Shown in pieces: positions 32,257 to 43,100 of a stretch of 64,000 bases of DNA. Position 1 is the stretch's first letter. Every line of letters starts with the position of its first letter. The DNA is from Acidimicrobiaceae bacterium (lineage in GTDB: Bacteria > Actinomycetota > Acidimicrobiia > Acidimicrobiales > JACDCH01): positions 151,837 through 215,836 of the forward strand of contig JBEEGH010000002.1 of assembly GCA_041166745.1 (NCBI GenBank), given 5' to 3'. The translations under genes were made by a program, and so were the position numbers. A model generated the notes under the pieces. It was not told the origin of the DNA, did no database searches, and worked only from the letters and a program-made list of their open reading frames with translations.

Positions 32257-33366
32257 TCAGCCCGTGGGTGGCGGTTGGTCCGAACCCGCTCGCAACGCGC
32301 TGAAGAGTTGGACGAAGTCGGTTCGCACCGCCGCCTCGTGCAACGCCGGGTCGTAGGCCGGCGTGGCCAGTTGATCCTCGATGGCGTCGAGACGCTCGCT
32401 GAGCCGTTGCATCGCCGCCTCGACCGACTTGGACAGCTCCACGCTCACCATCGACAGCGCGTCGCGCATCACCGACTCGAATGCCGCAATTCGGGCGTCC
32501 ACGTCTGCCGCTGTCGTCGCGTCGACCTCGGCTGTCCTCGCTTCGACGCCGCGCAGAGCGGACTCGAACACCGCCAGCCTCGCGTCTACGTCTGCGGTCG
32601 CGGCCTCGGCGTCGCGCTCTCGCTCCGCGACCGCGATGGTCTCGCGCTCGTTGGCGGCCAGCGTGACCGTCTCGACGTCGAGCGACAAGCCGCTCATCGA
32701 CGCTTCGATGGCGGCGAGACGGCGCGTCAAGACGGCGAAGCGCTCGTCGAGCACAAACGTCGACGCTCCGGCCGTCGCCGTGGTCGGCTCGAGCCGCGCG
32801 ATCACGTCGGTGTCGAGCTCGCCGCCGCTATGTGCCGACCAGTCGGCCAAGCGTTTGCGCCACCGTCGCAACGCGGGCACATCGCCACCTGCATCCGAGC
32901 GGTCGGTGAAGGTCTCTGCGTTGGGAAGCTGGAAGAGCACACGGTCGTGCGTGCGCACGATCGCCGTCCATCGCAAACCTTGGGCCGTGCACGCGACGAG
33001 CTCCGACGCGGCGCGCTCCTCGTCCGAATGATCGGCCACTGCGGTGAGCGCTTCGACCGGATCGTCGAAGTCGCGCGTCGCGATCGGCGTCAGGTCGCCG
33101 GTCTGGAAGCAGTCGACCGTCCAGGTCACGGCGTGGTCGATCGGATCGGGGCTGAGGAGGCGGCGCAGTTCATCGGCGGAGCCGGCGAGCGCAAGACTGA
33201 ACAGCCACCGCGCCGCTTCGGCGCTCGCGTCGAGGAATCCTTCGGTTTCGGTTTTCTGCACGCTCAGCCGCACCGCGGCGACGCGGAACCCTCGCCCGGC
33301 GCGCGGATCGGCCGCGATGTCCGCCTGCATCACCCGCTCACTTGCGTCCAACGGTGATCCTCCCAC
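32257..33366 (-). CDS. Hypothetical protein with an internally repeated coiled-coil C-terminal half
   Basis: 369-aa ORF (GTG at 33366, with ATG at 33330 as an alternative). Repeated segments are ADVDARLAVFESALRGVEARTAEVD and ADVDARIAAFESVMRDA. Confidence 0.5.
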   Translation of the reverse strand: MGGSPLDASERVMQADIAADPRAGRGFRVAAVRLSVQKTETEGFLDASAEAARWLFSLALAGSADELRRLLSPDPIDHAVTWTVDCFQTGDLTPIATRDFDDPVEALTAVADHSDEERAASELVACTAQGLRWTAIVRTHDRVLFQLPNAETFTDRSDAGGDVPALRRWRKRLADWSAHSGGELDTDVIARLEPTTATAGASTFVLDERFAVLTRRLAAIEASMSGLSLDVETVTLAANERETIAVAERERDAEAATADVDARLAVFESALRGVEARTAEVDATTAADVDARIAAFESVMRDALSMVSVELSKSVEAAMQRLSERLDAIEDQLATPAYDPALHEAAVRTDFVQLFSALRAGSDQPPPTG

Positions 33367-33496
33367 CGGATCTGTCCGCCCAGACCGGCCGCAATGCTAG
33401 GACCGCGATCGCCGCAGAGGAACCCCTCGCCCGAAATGGGCGGAATGTCGGGTGGTCAGTGCGGCGCATGACTACGAGCGATTCGCAGCCCGCCGG

Positions 33497-33550
33497 CGTT
33501 CTCAGAGCGCAAACACGACCGGGGGGTCGACGGTGCGCTCCAAGTTCGCC
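33497..33550 (-). repeat. Copy C of the 54-55 nt hairpin element (A-orientation on the minus strand), 130 nt upstream of CDS 32257..33366
   Basis: The reverse complement is ggcgaacttggagcgcaccgtcgaccccccggtcgtgtttgcgctctgagaacg. By hand alignment 43 of 54 positions are identical to copy A. Confidence 0.85.
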
Positions 33551-33918
33551 GAAGGGCGGCGTGTCGTCCGCGTCGCTTGTGTCGTCTGGGTCAAGCGCCG
33601 CGCCACCAGCGAAGTGCGCGCCACCGTCCACTCGCCGCTGTCTCAAGCGGAGAACGCGGGCGAGATCATCTTCGGCCTCACCGTTGCGGTGGTTGCCGGG
33701 GCCGCATCAACCACCGTGGCCCTCTCGCCTCCGCCGAATTGGTTGCTGTCGCGGGTGCTCTCGTGATCGCGACGCGCGATGACCCATAGGTTCGGCGCGC
33801 TGGACGTGCTGGGTCAGCGGAGTGCTCCGGGAAGCTCGTCGATGGCGACGACGGACGCCGAGAGTCGCCATGGGAGCGCGCTACCCTTTTGCGAACCTCG
33901 ACGACACGGAGGCGGGCA

Positions 33919-34092
33919 ATGGCCACGGTTCCTGAGCGTCTCGGCAAGGCTCGTGATCCCGAAGACGATGCCCGCGCTCGGGCTTGGGCAGCCGAGGTTC
34001 GCCGCCAAGCCGAAGACGGAACGTTGCCTGACGAGGGTGAGCACCTCACAGAGAAGCTCGCTGAGGAGAAGGCGCGACTCGAGTGTTCGTGA
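33919..34092 (+). CDS. Possible small protein (57 aa), hypothetical
   Basis: ATG at 33919 is preceded by GGAGG at suitable spacing. Sequence is MATVPERLGKARDPEDDARARAWAAEVRRQAEDGTLPDEGEHLTEKLAEEKARLECS. No homology was recognised. Confidence 0.3.
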   Translation: MATVPERLGKARDPEDDARARAWAAEVRRQAEDGTLPDEGEHLTEKLAEEKARLECS

Positions 34093-34168
34093 CACGGGTT
34101 GTCATCGCCCGAGGCGCCCCTGATCGGTGGGAAGCGACGACGCACGTGCGCGGGTGAGAGGAGAGCCG

Positions 34169-34366
34169 ATGTACCAGACCGACGTGTCGTCGCTCGCAGC
34201 CGAGATGAAGTCGCTCCGTCGTCGAGTCGATGCGCTCGAGCGCATCGAGCGCGATCGAGAGTGGAAGGCACTTTGGCGGCGTTACTACCTCTCGCAGGTT
34301 CCTCTCGCGTTTGCCGTGGCCGCGTTGGCCCGGGCGGCCATGTGGTTCGGGCTCATACCGAAGTAG
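34169..34366 (+). CDS. Possible small membrane protein (65 aa), hypothetical
   Basis: ATG at 34169 is preceded by AGGAGA. A coiled-coil-like N-terminus (LAAEMKSLRRRVDALERIERDRE) is followed by a hydrophobic C-terminus (VPLAFAVAALARAAMWFGLI). Confidence 0.35.
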   Translation: MYQTDVSSLAAEMKSLRRRVDALERIERDREWKALWRRYYLSQVPLAFAVAALARAAMWFGLIPK

Positions 34367-34424
34367 TTCGCCCGTCCGTCGGCAAACGCCCCGCGCAACG
34401 CGTTGATCGCTTGAGTCCTCCGGG

Positions 34425-34757
34425 TCAGTGCGCGTCCTCGACCTTCAGCTGCGGTGGCGGCGAGAACGCAACGCCGCCCACGGCGACGAATCCCACCTCG
34501 GTGTACTGGATGCCGTCGTCGCTCCACGGCTGCACGTGTTCCACCGTCTGGCGGCTCGGCGACTCACCCGTGGCGGTAGCGCTGAGGTTGAGCATGAGCA
34601 TCTGCGGGTTGATGCCTTGTTCCTCGCGCGGTTCCAACCCGAGAGCGACGCCGCCACCCTCCACGATGCACGTTCCGGAGACGCGAAGCGTCTTGCCCAT
34701 GAAGTCGTGAACCGCGTGCCAGTCCTCGTACTCGACAGCAATCTCTGCTCTTGCCAT
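34425..34757 (-). CDS. Hypothetical protein (110 aa)
   Basis: I chose the internal ATG at 34757, preceded by GGGAGG. Sequence reads MARAEIAVEYEDWHAVHDFMGKTLRVSGTCIVEGGGVALGLEPREEQGINPQMLMLNL... Repeat copy D lies 65 nt upstream in the leader. Confidence 0.5.
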   Translation of the reverse strand: MARAEIAVEYEDWHAVHDFMGKTLRVSGTCIVEGGGVALGLEPREEQGINPQMLMLNLSATATGESPSRQTVEHVQPWSDDGIQYTEVGFVAVGGVAFSPPPQLKVEDAH

Positions 34758-34822
34758 GTCGGCCTCCCGATTGGCCACGCGCGACAGCCACCGTAGTGAT
34801 CCGGTTCTTTCGGGTGCGCCGA

Positions 34823-34877
34823 CGTTCTCAGAGCGCCAACCCGACCGATGGGTCGACTGTGCGCTCGGAGTTTCGCC
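34823..34877 (-). repeat. Copy D of the 54-55 nt hairpin element (A-orientation on the minus strand)
   Basis: The reverse complement is ggcgaaactccgagcgcacagtcgacccatcggtcgggttggcgctctgagaacg (55 nt, with one extra a). Confidence 0.85.
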
Positions 34878-35035
34878 AACCGGCGCTCGAAGCACTACCG
34901 GTACCCCGTGTTCGGCCGGGAGGCTTCAGCGCGCCGAGCGCCACCACAGCCGTCGAGCAAGTGCTGCCGTTTTTGGGCTTACGCGGGACGAGTACGATTG
35001 ATCAGTCGTAGCCACCTGAAGGGCAGATCCCGCTA

Positions 35036-36598
35036 GTGCAGCCACTCGACGACGTCAATCCGCTCGCCGACTACCTCGGAGTGATCCGCCGACGCTGGCC
35101 GATCCTGATCTTGGCCGCGCTCGTAGGCGCCGCATCGCTCGGCTTCCTTGGGCGCCCGACCGGCCCCGCCCACTACGTCGCGACCCATCGTCTCATCGTG
35201 AACCCGGGTCGCAACGACACCATCGGCTACTCGGTCAACCAGCTCGCAGTCCTGGCCTCCCAGGGCGACAATGCACGAGAGGCGACGGCCGAGCTCGGCG
35301 GCACGGTGCCGTGCGGCGTGTCGGCGAGCGGGAACCCCGACCTCGGCACATTGACTATTTCTGCCGTCGGAAGCGACCCTGACGCCTGCAAGCGTGTCGC
35401 GGACACCTTTGCAAATGTTCTGATCGACTCTCTCAGCTCCGAAGACAAGGCCGCGCTGCAGGCGCAACTCGACGGCGCTCATCAAGCGGTCGCGAATGCA
35501 AGCAGAGCCCTCGACGCAGCCCAGGTTGCTGTCGATCAAGACCCCAAGAACACACGTTTCATCGCTGAACGTGATGCGGCTCTGAGCCGCTACCGCGTGG
35601 CGATTGAGAATTCTCAAACAGCCGAGCAAAAGGAACTCCCAGCGGCGCCGATGCGATCGATTGAGCCCGCGACGGCAGGCGTTGCCGCTCCGGCTGGGCT
35701 CGGTGGGATGAGCGTGCCATCACGCTCCGGTCTCGGCGGTGCGCTCGGTGCGTTGGCCGGCTTTGCGATCGCCCTCGGCCTCGACGCCCTCGATCGGCGC
35801 ATCCGTACGTCCGCGAGGGCTGCTGAAGCCTTCGGCGTGCCAGTCGTCGGCGAGGTTCCCAAGCACCGGCTCGCGGCAGGCGACGCGCTCGCTCCTCGGG
35901 AATCCTCCGTCATGGAGGCGTACCGACGGGTGCGAACTGTCGTGTTGCTCTCCCGCGCCACCGCATACGACGCCGCCGAAGAAAACGGGGCGGTGAGCCA
36001 GCGCGGCCACGTCGTTCTTGTTGTGTCTCCTGGCCCGAAGGAGGGCAAGACCACCACCGTCGCTCACCTTGCCGCCTCTCTCGCCGAGAGCGGTCTGCGT
36101 GTCCTCGCGGTGGGTGGCGACTTCCGCCGCCCGCGGTTGGAGAAGGTGCTCGGACGCCCCGACAACGGAGACGCGCGAACTCCCGGCCCTTGGATCATCG
36201 GCCCGACGGACGTCCCTAACGTCGACATCGTGATGGCACGCGAGCGGACGCGTGAGCCGTCGCGTTTCATTCGCGATCTCGGGAGAATGCTCGATGCCGC
36301 CCGCGATGGTTATGACGTGATCGTGATCGATACCGCACCCATCCTCGTCGCGAACGATGCGCTCGAACTCGTCCCGAACGTCGACGACGTGATCCTTGTA
36401 GCCCGCAGTCGTACGACGACCACCAGCGCGGCCGCGAGGGCCAGTCAGCTGCTGTTGCAGGTCGAAGCCAATCTGGTGGGGGCGGTGCTGACCCAGGTGT
36501 CCACCGCAGAGACCTACGCCTACTACGGCTACCGCTACGGCTACTACGGCCCGAAGAAGGGCGACGATGAGCCGGTCGAAGCCGAGTCGACTCGCTAA
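35036..36598 (+). CDS. Polysaccharide co-polymerase / tyrosine autokinase (Wzz domain fused to a BY-kinase)
   Basis: 520 aa with a GTG start. The Wzz-like N-terminus is LADYLGVIRRRWPILILAALVGAASLGFLG. The second TM segment is GLGGALGALAGFAIALGL. Walker A is VVSPGPKEGKTTTVAHLA, and Walker A'/B are VIVIDTAPILVANDA. The C-terminal Tyr cluster is ETYAYYGYRYGYYG. Confidence 0.85.
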   Translation: MQPLDDVNPLADYLGVIRRRWPILILAALVGAASLGFLGRPTGPAHYVATHRLIVNPGRNDTIGYSVNQLAVLASQGDNAREATAELGGTVPCGVSASGNPDLGTLTISAVGSDPDACKRVADTFANVLIDSLSSEDKAALQAQLDGAHQAVANASRALDAAQVAVDQDPKNTRFIAERDAALSRYRVAIENSQTAEQKELPAAPMRSIEPATAGVAAPAGLGGMSVPSRSGLGGALGALAGFAIALGLDALDRRIRTSARAAEAFGVPVVGEVPKHRLAAGDALAPRESSVMEAYRRVRTVVLLSRATAYDAAEENGAVSQRGHVVLVVSPGPKEGKTTTVAHLAASLAESGLRVLAVGGDFRRPRLEKVLGRPDNGDARTPGPWIIGPTDVPNVDIVMARERTREPSRFIRDLGRMLDAARDGYDVIVIDTAPILVANDALELVPNVDDVILVARSRTTTTSAAARASQLLLQVEANLVGAVLTQVSTAETYAYYGYRYGYYGPKKGDDEPVEAESTR

Positions 36599-36608
36599 GC
36601 GCCGAGAG

Positions 36609-37661
36609 TCAGTCCCCACCGCGCTCAGTGGCGCTGCGGGCAGGTCGACCGAGTACCTCCTCGTACACGGCCAAGAGACGGTCGATGTGACGCTCGATGC
36701 CCAACTGGATCTGTTGGTGAGCACGCAACGCCTGGCCCTCCGCCCTGCGCCGCTCCTCATCGGTCGCAAGCACCCGCAACGCCTGACCCGCAGCGCCGGC
36801 GTCCTCGACCGGAAAGAGCGACTGCGGCGCGACGGCTCCGACAGTCTCGAGGTGGCCGCCTCCCGCCGCGGCCAGGACGGGAAGCCCACAGGCCATAGCT
36901 TCGACCACTGCAAGACCAAACGGCTCAGCGGGAGCGGTAGCGAAAAGCAGCGCGGCATCAGCCATCAGCGCGGGCAGGTCATTGACGAACCCGCGAAACT
37001 CCACCGATCCTTCGATCCCGAGCTGCCGCGACAGCCGCTCGAGATCGGCTCGACGCGCCCCGCGACCGGCGACGACCATGCGCCAGCCGTCCTCTCCAAG
37101 GCGCGACACGCGCCATGCACGCAATGCAGTCTCGGTGTCTTTTTCGACCTCGAGACGTTGGGCAACCAGGACGACGCGATCGCTGTGCGCCCCTTCGTCG
37201 GCGCGCGGTACGGCATTCGGGATCACGACAGACGGTCCGTCGATGTTGTCGGCCACGAACTGGCTGATCGCGACTTGCCGATCGATGTGGCGACCGACAC
37301 GGCGCCCAACGAGACGGCCTGCAGCGGTGCGTCCGCGTGGCTGTGCGAAATGGCGCGTGGCGACGATGGGGACCCGGGACCCAATGGTCGCCAGAGCGCA
37401 CGCGAGCTCGGCATGAGTCATGTGGGGGTGGAGGATCTCCGCTTCTCCGCGCCGCGCAGCGGCCAAGGCGCCGGCTCCTTCGCTTCGCGGCCGCCAACGC
37501 ACATCGGTGCCGCGCAAGGCAGCCGTCATCGAGGAAGGGTCACCGCCGATGACGGTGACCCTGACACCAGCCATCGCCAGGTGGAGGGCGACGTAGGTGA
37601 TGTAGCGCTCGACACCGGCAAAACTCTTTGTTGCCACCACATGGGTCACGCCAAGTTGCAT
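36609..37661 (-). CDS. GT4-family glycosyltransferase
   Basis: 350 aa. The N-terminus VVATKSFAGVERYITYVALHLAMAGVRV is followed by the EX7E-type region TAPAEPFGLAVVEAMACGLPVLAAAGGGHLETV. Confidence 0.85.
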   Translation of the reverse strand: MQLGVTHVVATKSFAGVERYITYVALHLAMAGVRVTVIGGDPSSMTAALRGTDVRWRPRSEGAGALAAARRGEAEILHPHMTHAELACALATIGSRVPIVATRHFAQPRGRTAAGRLVGRRVGRHIDRQVAISQFVADNIDGPSVVIPNAVPRADEGAHSDRVVLVAQRLEVEKDTETALRAWRVSRLGEDGWRMVVAGRGARRADLERLSRQLGIEGSVEFRGFVNDLPALMADAALLFATAPAEPFGLAVVEAMACGLPVLAAAGGGHLETVGAVAPQSLFPVEDAGAAGQALRVLATDEERRRAEGQALRAHQQIQLGIERHIDRLLAVYEEVLGRPARSATERGGD

Positions 37662-37738
37662 CGGACCCCAGTCGGCACGGGGGCTGACTTTACCGATGCT
37701 GAGGTGTACGAACGGCGTGTGTTCGGAACGCCACCGCC

Positions 37739-39019
37739 GTGCTGACCGTCCTCGAATCTCGACGTACCGGCACCGCCATCGCTGCGCTCGCCGCGCTGGC
37801 TATCGCCGTTCTGGCGTCCGTCGACCTCGCGTCCGCCACGGTCATGGCAGAAGCGACCGCTCTGATCGTCCTGGTCGTTTCCGCGCCGGCATTTGTCGTC
37901 TCGATGGCCTTGCCCCTGACATACGCGTTCGCTCGCGTCGGGCCGGCGAGTGTCGACGTCAGTGTCGCCGACGCATCGTTGCTGCTGGCGACGATCGTCG
38001 CTCTGCCGTTTGTGCCGTGGAACGCGCGTCGATTGCAGCGGGCGTTGCTCGCGCTGGGCGCGTACGAGCTTCTGCTCGGGATGCCCGTGCTGGCCCATCC
38101 AACGGGTCGAGCTCTCTTCGAGTGGGGCCACCGCGCCGTACTGATAGGCGGGTCACTCATTGTCGGCGCCGCCTTAGTCCGGATGGGATCCTTCCGCTTC
38201 GGCCTGCGCCTCTTCATTCTCGGCTCGGCGGCCGTGTCCGTGAACGCGATCATCCAAACGCTGGGGAATGGCTTCGAGCCGGCGTACCCGTTCGGCATGC
38301 AGAAGAACAGTGCAGGCAACATCCTTGCCTTCGCCGTCTTGCTGGTCGTGCTGGCCGGCTTCGAGACTGGTATTCGCCCCGTGCTGTTGATACCGACGCG
38401 GCTCCTCCTCATTGGAGGGCTCCTCGCCACGCAGTCCCGGGGCTCGATGCTGGCCGTCATCGTCGGTGTCGCCCTTTGGATCTTGCGGGGAGTCAATCAT
38501 CGCCGGAGCTCAACGGCCGCCGTACTGGTGGCGCTCGTCGCGCTCGGCACCACGGTGGTCCTGATCAACGACCGGGAGTCTCAGGCCGCCAGGAGCGATC
38601 CGAGCGCGGCGAAATTCCTACCGGACGCGCAGCGAAGGACGCTCAACGAATCCGGCCTCAACGAGTGGCGAGCAGAGCCGATCGCTGGGGCCGGACTGCG
38701 TTACTTCTACGCGCCGAATCGCGGTGGCGAGCCGCACAACCTGCTAGTAGCGGGCCTGGCCGAGACTGGGATCATCGGAATCGCCGCGTTGCTCGTGCTG
38801 ATCCGCGGCACGTTCGCCGCGCTGACTAGCCTCCGAAGCCCGATTGCTACGGTCGCTCGCCTGGCGATCCTGGTTCGGATGCTTACGGGATTTGTCGACA
38901 TCTTCTGGGTCGCGGGGCGGATGACACTGCCTTGGGTCCTCGTCGGCGCGGCGATCGCGATCGACCATTCGCAACAGATGGAGGAACGAACTTCAACACG
39001 GCCGCAGCACGCGTTGTGA
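37739..39019 (+). CDS. O-antigen ligase/polymerase (Wzy_C) family membrane protein
   Basis: 426 aa and polytopic. Hallmarks are LLATQSRGSMLAVIVGVALWIL, NEWRAEPIAGAGLRYFY and EPHNLLVAGLAETGIIGIAALLVL. Confidence 0.75.
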   Translation: MLTVLESRRTGTAIAALAALAIAVLASVDLASATVMAEATALIVLVVSAPAFVVSMALPLTYAFARVGPASVDVSVADASLLLATIVALPFVPWNARRLQRALLALGAYELLLGMPVLAHPTGRALFEWGHRAVLIGGSLIVGAALVRMGSFRFGLRLFILGSAAVSVNAIIQTLGNGFEPAYPFGMQKNSAGNILAFAVLLVVLAGFETGIRPVLLIPTRLLLIGGLLATQSRGSMLAVIVGVALWILRGVNHRRSSTAAVLVALVALGTTVVLINDRESQAARSDPSAAKFLPDAQRRTLNESGLNEWRAEPIAGAGLRYFYAPNRGGEPHNLLVAGLAETGIIGIAALLVLIRGTFAALTSLRSPIATVARLAILVRMLTGFVDIFWVAGRMTLPWVLVGAAIAIDHSQQMEERTSTRPQHAL

Positions 39020-40119
39020 CCGAGCTGCGGGCCCTGCGGATCTATCACTCCGCCGTGGTCAGTGATTGGCGACGCCGAGACCGCGAGCTGCGACGGCACG
39101 CGATCGATCTCGTGCTGTTGAGCCCTCGGCGTTGGAACGAGGGCGGCGAAGTCGTGGAGTTCGACTCGACCGGCGACGACTTTGTGCACGCCATCTCCAC
39201 TTTCGGACAGCACCCGTTCCGATTCGTGTATGCGCCGTGGTCGCTCTGGCGCGCGTTTCGTGAACGTCCGTTGGACATCATCGATACGCACGAGGAGCCA
39301 GCCAGCCTTGCGGTCGGCGAGGTGCTCGTGCTGCGACGGCTGCTACAACCTCGCGCCAAGCTGCTCCTTTACTGCGCGGAGAACATCCCGAAGCGCTATC
39401 CAGTTCCATTCCGTTGGATCGAGCGGTGGGCGCTGCGGTCCGCGTCGGCCGTTTACTGCTGCAATGAAGCCGCCGCGACGATCATCCGATCGAAAGGTTT
39501 CAGGGGCGAGATCGAAGTGCTGGGACTCGGCGTTGACGTCGACCAACTCGCCCCCGAGCCAGCGTCGCGTCAACGTGCGGGCTTGCACCTCGGGTACGTC
39601 GGCCGCCTCGATGAACGCAAAGGCGTCCAGGTTGTCCTGGATGCCTTGACGCAGTTGCCGGACTCGGTGACCTTCACCATTGCGGGTACCGGCCCGTATG
39701 CCGGCGCACTACAAGCCAAGGCGCGCGATACCGGCCTGGGCGATCGAGCCCGCTTCCTGAGCTACGTCGATCACGCGCAGGTCGCACAGCTGTACCGCAC
39801 CTTCGACGCGGTCGTTGTGCCTTCGTTGCCGACGAAGCGCTGGCACGAGCAGTTCTGTCGAGTGGCCGTCGAGGCCATGACCACCGGCGCGCCTGTCATC
39901 GCTTCGGATGACGGTGCGCTTCCTGAGGTGGTGGGCCCGGGCGGGGTGACGGTGCCAGCCGGAGATGTGCACGCCTGGGTCGAGGCGATCAAGTTGTTCG
40001 CCAATGACGCCGAACTCCGCGCGAGATACAGCGAACAGGCGCGGCAGTGGGCTGATCGTTACTCGTGGCCGGCGATTGCGGAACGACACGCAGAGCTCTA
40101 CGCGCGAGTCGCCCGGTGA
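39016..40119 (+). CDS. GT4-family glycosyltransferase
   Basis: GTG at 39016 overlaps the upstream stop (GTGA). Sequence reads VTELRALRIYHSAVVSDWRRRDREL... and HLGYVGRLDERKGVQVVLDA...WHEQFCRVAVEAMTTGAPVIASDDGALPEVV. Confidence 0.8.
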   Translation: MTELRALRIYHSAVVSDWRRRDRELRRHAIDLVLLSPRRWNEGGEVVEFDSTGDDFVHAISTFGQHPFRFVYAPWSLWRAFRERPLDIIDTHEEPASLAVGEVLVLRRLLQPRAKLLLYCAENIPKRYPVPFRWIERWALRSASAVYCCNEAAATIIRSKGFRGEIEVLGLGVDVDQLAPEPASRQRAGLHLGYVGRLDERKGVQVVLDALTQLPDSVTFTIAGTGPYAGALQAKARDTGLGDRARFLSYVDHAQVAQLYRTFDAVVVPSLPTKRWHEQFCRVAVEAMTTGAPVIASDDGALPEVVGPGGVTVPAGDVHAWVEAIKLFANDAELRARYSEQARQWADRYSWPAIAERHAELYARVAR

Positions 40120-43100
40120 ACCTCGACGTCGTGGTCGTGACGTTCGGATCGGCAAAGCACCTCGACAACTGCCTTTCCGCGCTGCCCCGCGAAGTGAACG
40201 TAACGGTCGTCGACAACGCCTCGGATGACTCGAGTCCAGAGATTGCACGCCTCTACGGAGCAACCGTCATCGAGAACGCCGACAATCGCGGGTTCGGCGC
40301 GGCCGCGAACCAAGGAGCGAAGCATGGCTCCGCGCCCTACATTCTGTTTCTCAACCCTGACGCGACCGTTGCGCCCGGTTGTGTTGAGGCGCTCGTTGCG
40401 GAGTTGGCGGCCGATGTCACGGTGGCATCGGCCGGGCCTCGGCTCATCACACCTGACGGGCGGCGTCAACGGCCATGGTGGCCGTTGCCCTCGGCGTCGC
40501 GCTCGTGGCAAGAAGCGCTCGGGCTGCATCGCCTAGTGCGCGCCGACCTCGATGAACCGCGTGATGTCCCGTTCATCGTCGGCGCCTGCCTGCTCGTCCG
40601 CCGGGACGCATTCGAAGCGGTTGGCGGCTTCGACGAGGCCTTCTGGCTGTACGGGGAGGAGGGGGATCTCGCGCAACGACTCGCGGGCGAAGGCTGGCGG
40701 GCCCGGTACGTGCCATCGGCCACCTGTGTCCACGTAGGAGGAGCCAGCGGCGGTGAGAGCGACCTCGCGTTCGAGCACTTCCAGCGCGGCACCGAACGCT
40801 TCATCCTCAAGCACAACGGTCGCGCCGCGTTGCTCAGCCATCGGCTCGCGCTGCTCTTCGGTTCTCTCGCGCGCTTGCTCATCCTGGTTCTCGGGGGACG
40901 GGGGCGAACCTCCACCGCCCGCACGAGAGCGCGCATCGGCCGACGACTCGCCAATGTCTTGCTTCGTTCACCGTTGTCGGTGCCCGGTGCGCCGCGGGCG
41001 TCGAGCGGGCCGCCGGATCACGACCTTGTGGTGCTGTCTCTGGAGCCCTGGGACGACGTCTGGCGACGCAATCAGTTCCTGGTGCGAGAGCTCCTCGCGC
41101 TCGATCCTGACCGGCGAGTCCTGTTCGTCGAACCTCCTATCGATGTGCCGCATCACTTGTTCACCACGCGGAAGTGGCCGCCGCGCGCCGGTTTGCGGGC
41201 AAGCGCGTCGAACGAGCGGATGCTGCTATACCGCCCGCTCAAGCTCGTGCCGCGAGTACTTGGCCCGGCCGCGGATCGGTTGCTGCTCCGCTCGCTGCGT
41301 CGCGCCATTGAGTCCGCGGGCCTGACTGGCCCGACGCTCTGGGTCAACGATCCGGCGTACGCCGCCGTAACTCGTTGGGGTGCGCCTGTCGTCTACGACC
41401 TCACGGATGACTGGACGAGGTCGAATGCCACGGCGCGGACCCGGCGGCGGCTGAAAGCTTGGGACGACGAGTTGAGCGCGGGCTCGCAACAGGTCGTGGC
41501 TTGCTCCGAAGACCTACGGAACAGTCATGCTCCCCGCGAAGTGCACGTGATCCCGAATGCGGTCGATGCCGAGCATTTCGCAACCCCGACAGCGCGACCC
41601 TCCGATCTCCCGGCTTCACCGACCGCCGTGTACGTCGGGACCCTTCACGAGGATCGCCTCGACGTCGGGCTCGTCGAAGACGTCGCACGCGCGCTGCCGG
41701 AGCTCAACGTGGCCTTGGTCGGACCCAACTCGTTGTCTGCCGATAGCACTCGGCGCCTGTCGACGCTTCCGAACGTTCACGTGCTGGGCGCCCGCCCCTA
41801 TGCCGTCATTCCTGGCTACCTGCAGCACGCCGAGGTGATCGTGGTGCCCCACGTCGTCTCTCCATTCACAGAGAGCCTCGATCCGATCAAGGCCTACGAG
41901 TGCCAGGTCGTCGGCCGCCCGACCGTGTCAACAGAAGTCGCCGGCTTTCGCGATCTCGAATGGCCGATCGTGAGCGTGGCGCGCGACGAATTCGCAATCG
42001 CGGTGGACAACGCATTGCACTGGAAGGCCGACGGCCACCAAGAACCACAAGTGCCGAGCTGGCACGAACGAGCAAAGGACTTCGCACGCGTGCTCGATAC
42101 CGCGCGACAAAAGGTAGAGCAGCAACGCTTGTTCGTCGTCTACATCGATCATTGCGCTGAGCTCTCCGGCGGAGAGCTCGCGCTGGCCCGACTGCTCGAG
42201 GCGCTCGACGTCCGGGCCCACGTGATCCTCGGCGAAGACGGCCCGCTCGTCGTGAAACTGCAGGCGTTGGGAGCCACCGTCGAAGTGTTGCGCATGCCGG
42301 GCGCAGCTCATTCGCTTCGACGCGGTCGAGTGCGGCTCCGTTCCCTGCCCATCGGCGCGATCGTGCAGAGCGCCGGCTACACCCTGCGGTTGTCTCGGCG
42401 GCTGCGCCAGCTGGCGCCGGATCTGGTGCACACGAATTCACTGAAGGCGGCCTTCTACGGCAGCATCGCCGCGCGTCTGGCGAGGCGGCCGGTGCTCGTG
42501 CACGCGCGGGATCGCATCTCCCCCGACTACCTGCCGTCGGCCGCCGTGCACTTGGTGCGACTTTTGCTGCGAGTCGTACCGACGGCGGTGATTGCCAACT
42601 CACAAGCGACGCTCGAGACGCTTCGGCTGCCGGGAGGCCACGCTGCGGTGGTGCCGAGCCCGGTCGTGTATGACGCGACGCCGGTGTTCAGCCAAGTACA
42701 GCGGCGCGACGATCCGCGATTCACGGTCGTGATGCTCGGCCGGATCGCCAGCTGGAAGGGCCAGGACGTGTTCCTCGAGGCCTTCGCGAGAACGTTTCCC
42801 GACGGAGAACAGCGCGCCCTCATCGTCGGGTCGGCCATGTTCGGCGAGGAAGCGTTCGAGCAGCAGTTGCGCGTGCAATGTGGCTCGCTCGGGCTCACGG
42901 ACCGCGTGCGGTTCGACGGGTTCCGCGAAGACATCTCCGCCGTGCTCCGACAGGCGGACGTCCTCGTGCACGCCTCGGTGATCCCCGAGCCTTTCGGCCA
43001 GGTTGTCCTGGAAGGAATGGCGGCCGGGGTTCCCGTCGTCGCGTCGAGCGCTGGGGGCCCGGCCGAGGTGATCACCGATGGAGAAAACGGACTGCTGGTG

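Noticed and set aside
33342-34271. Longer ORFs in the low-coding island (33342..33782, 33452..33766, 33678..34271). One noteworthy point is that copies C and D both translate to RRRSQSAN.T.GSTVRS.F on the plus strand.
   Set aside because: The translations are Arg/Ser/Pro-rich with no start context. The equivalent frame of copies A and B contains a stop. The shared peptide is therefore a by-product of nucleotide conservation, not a coding motif.
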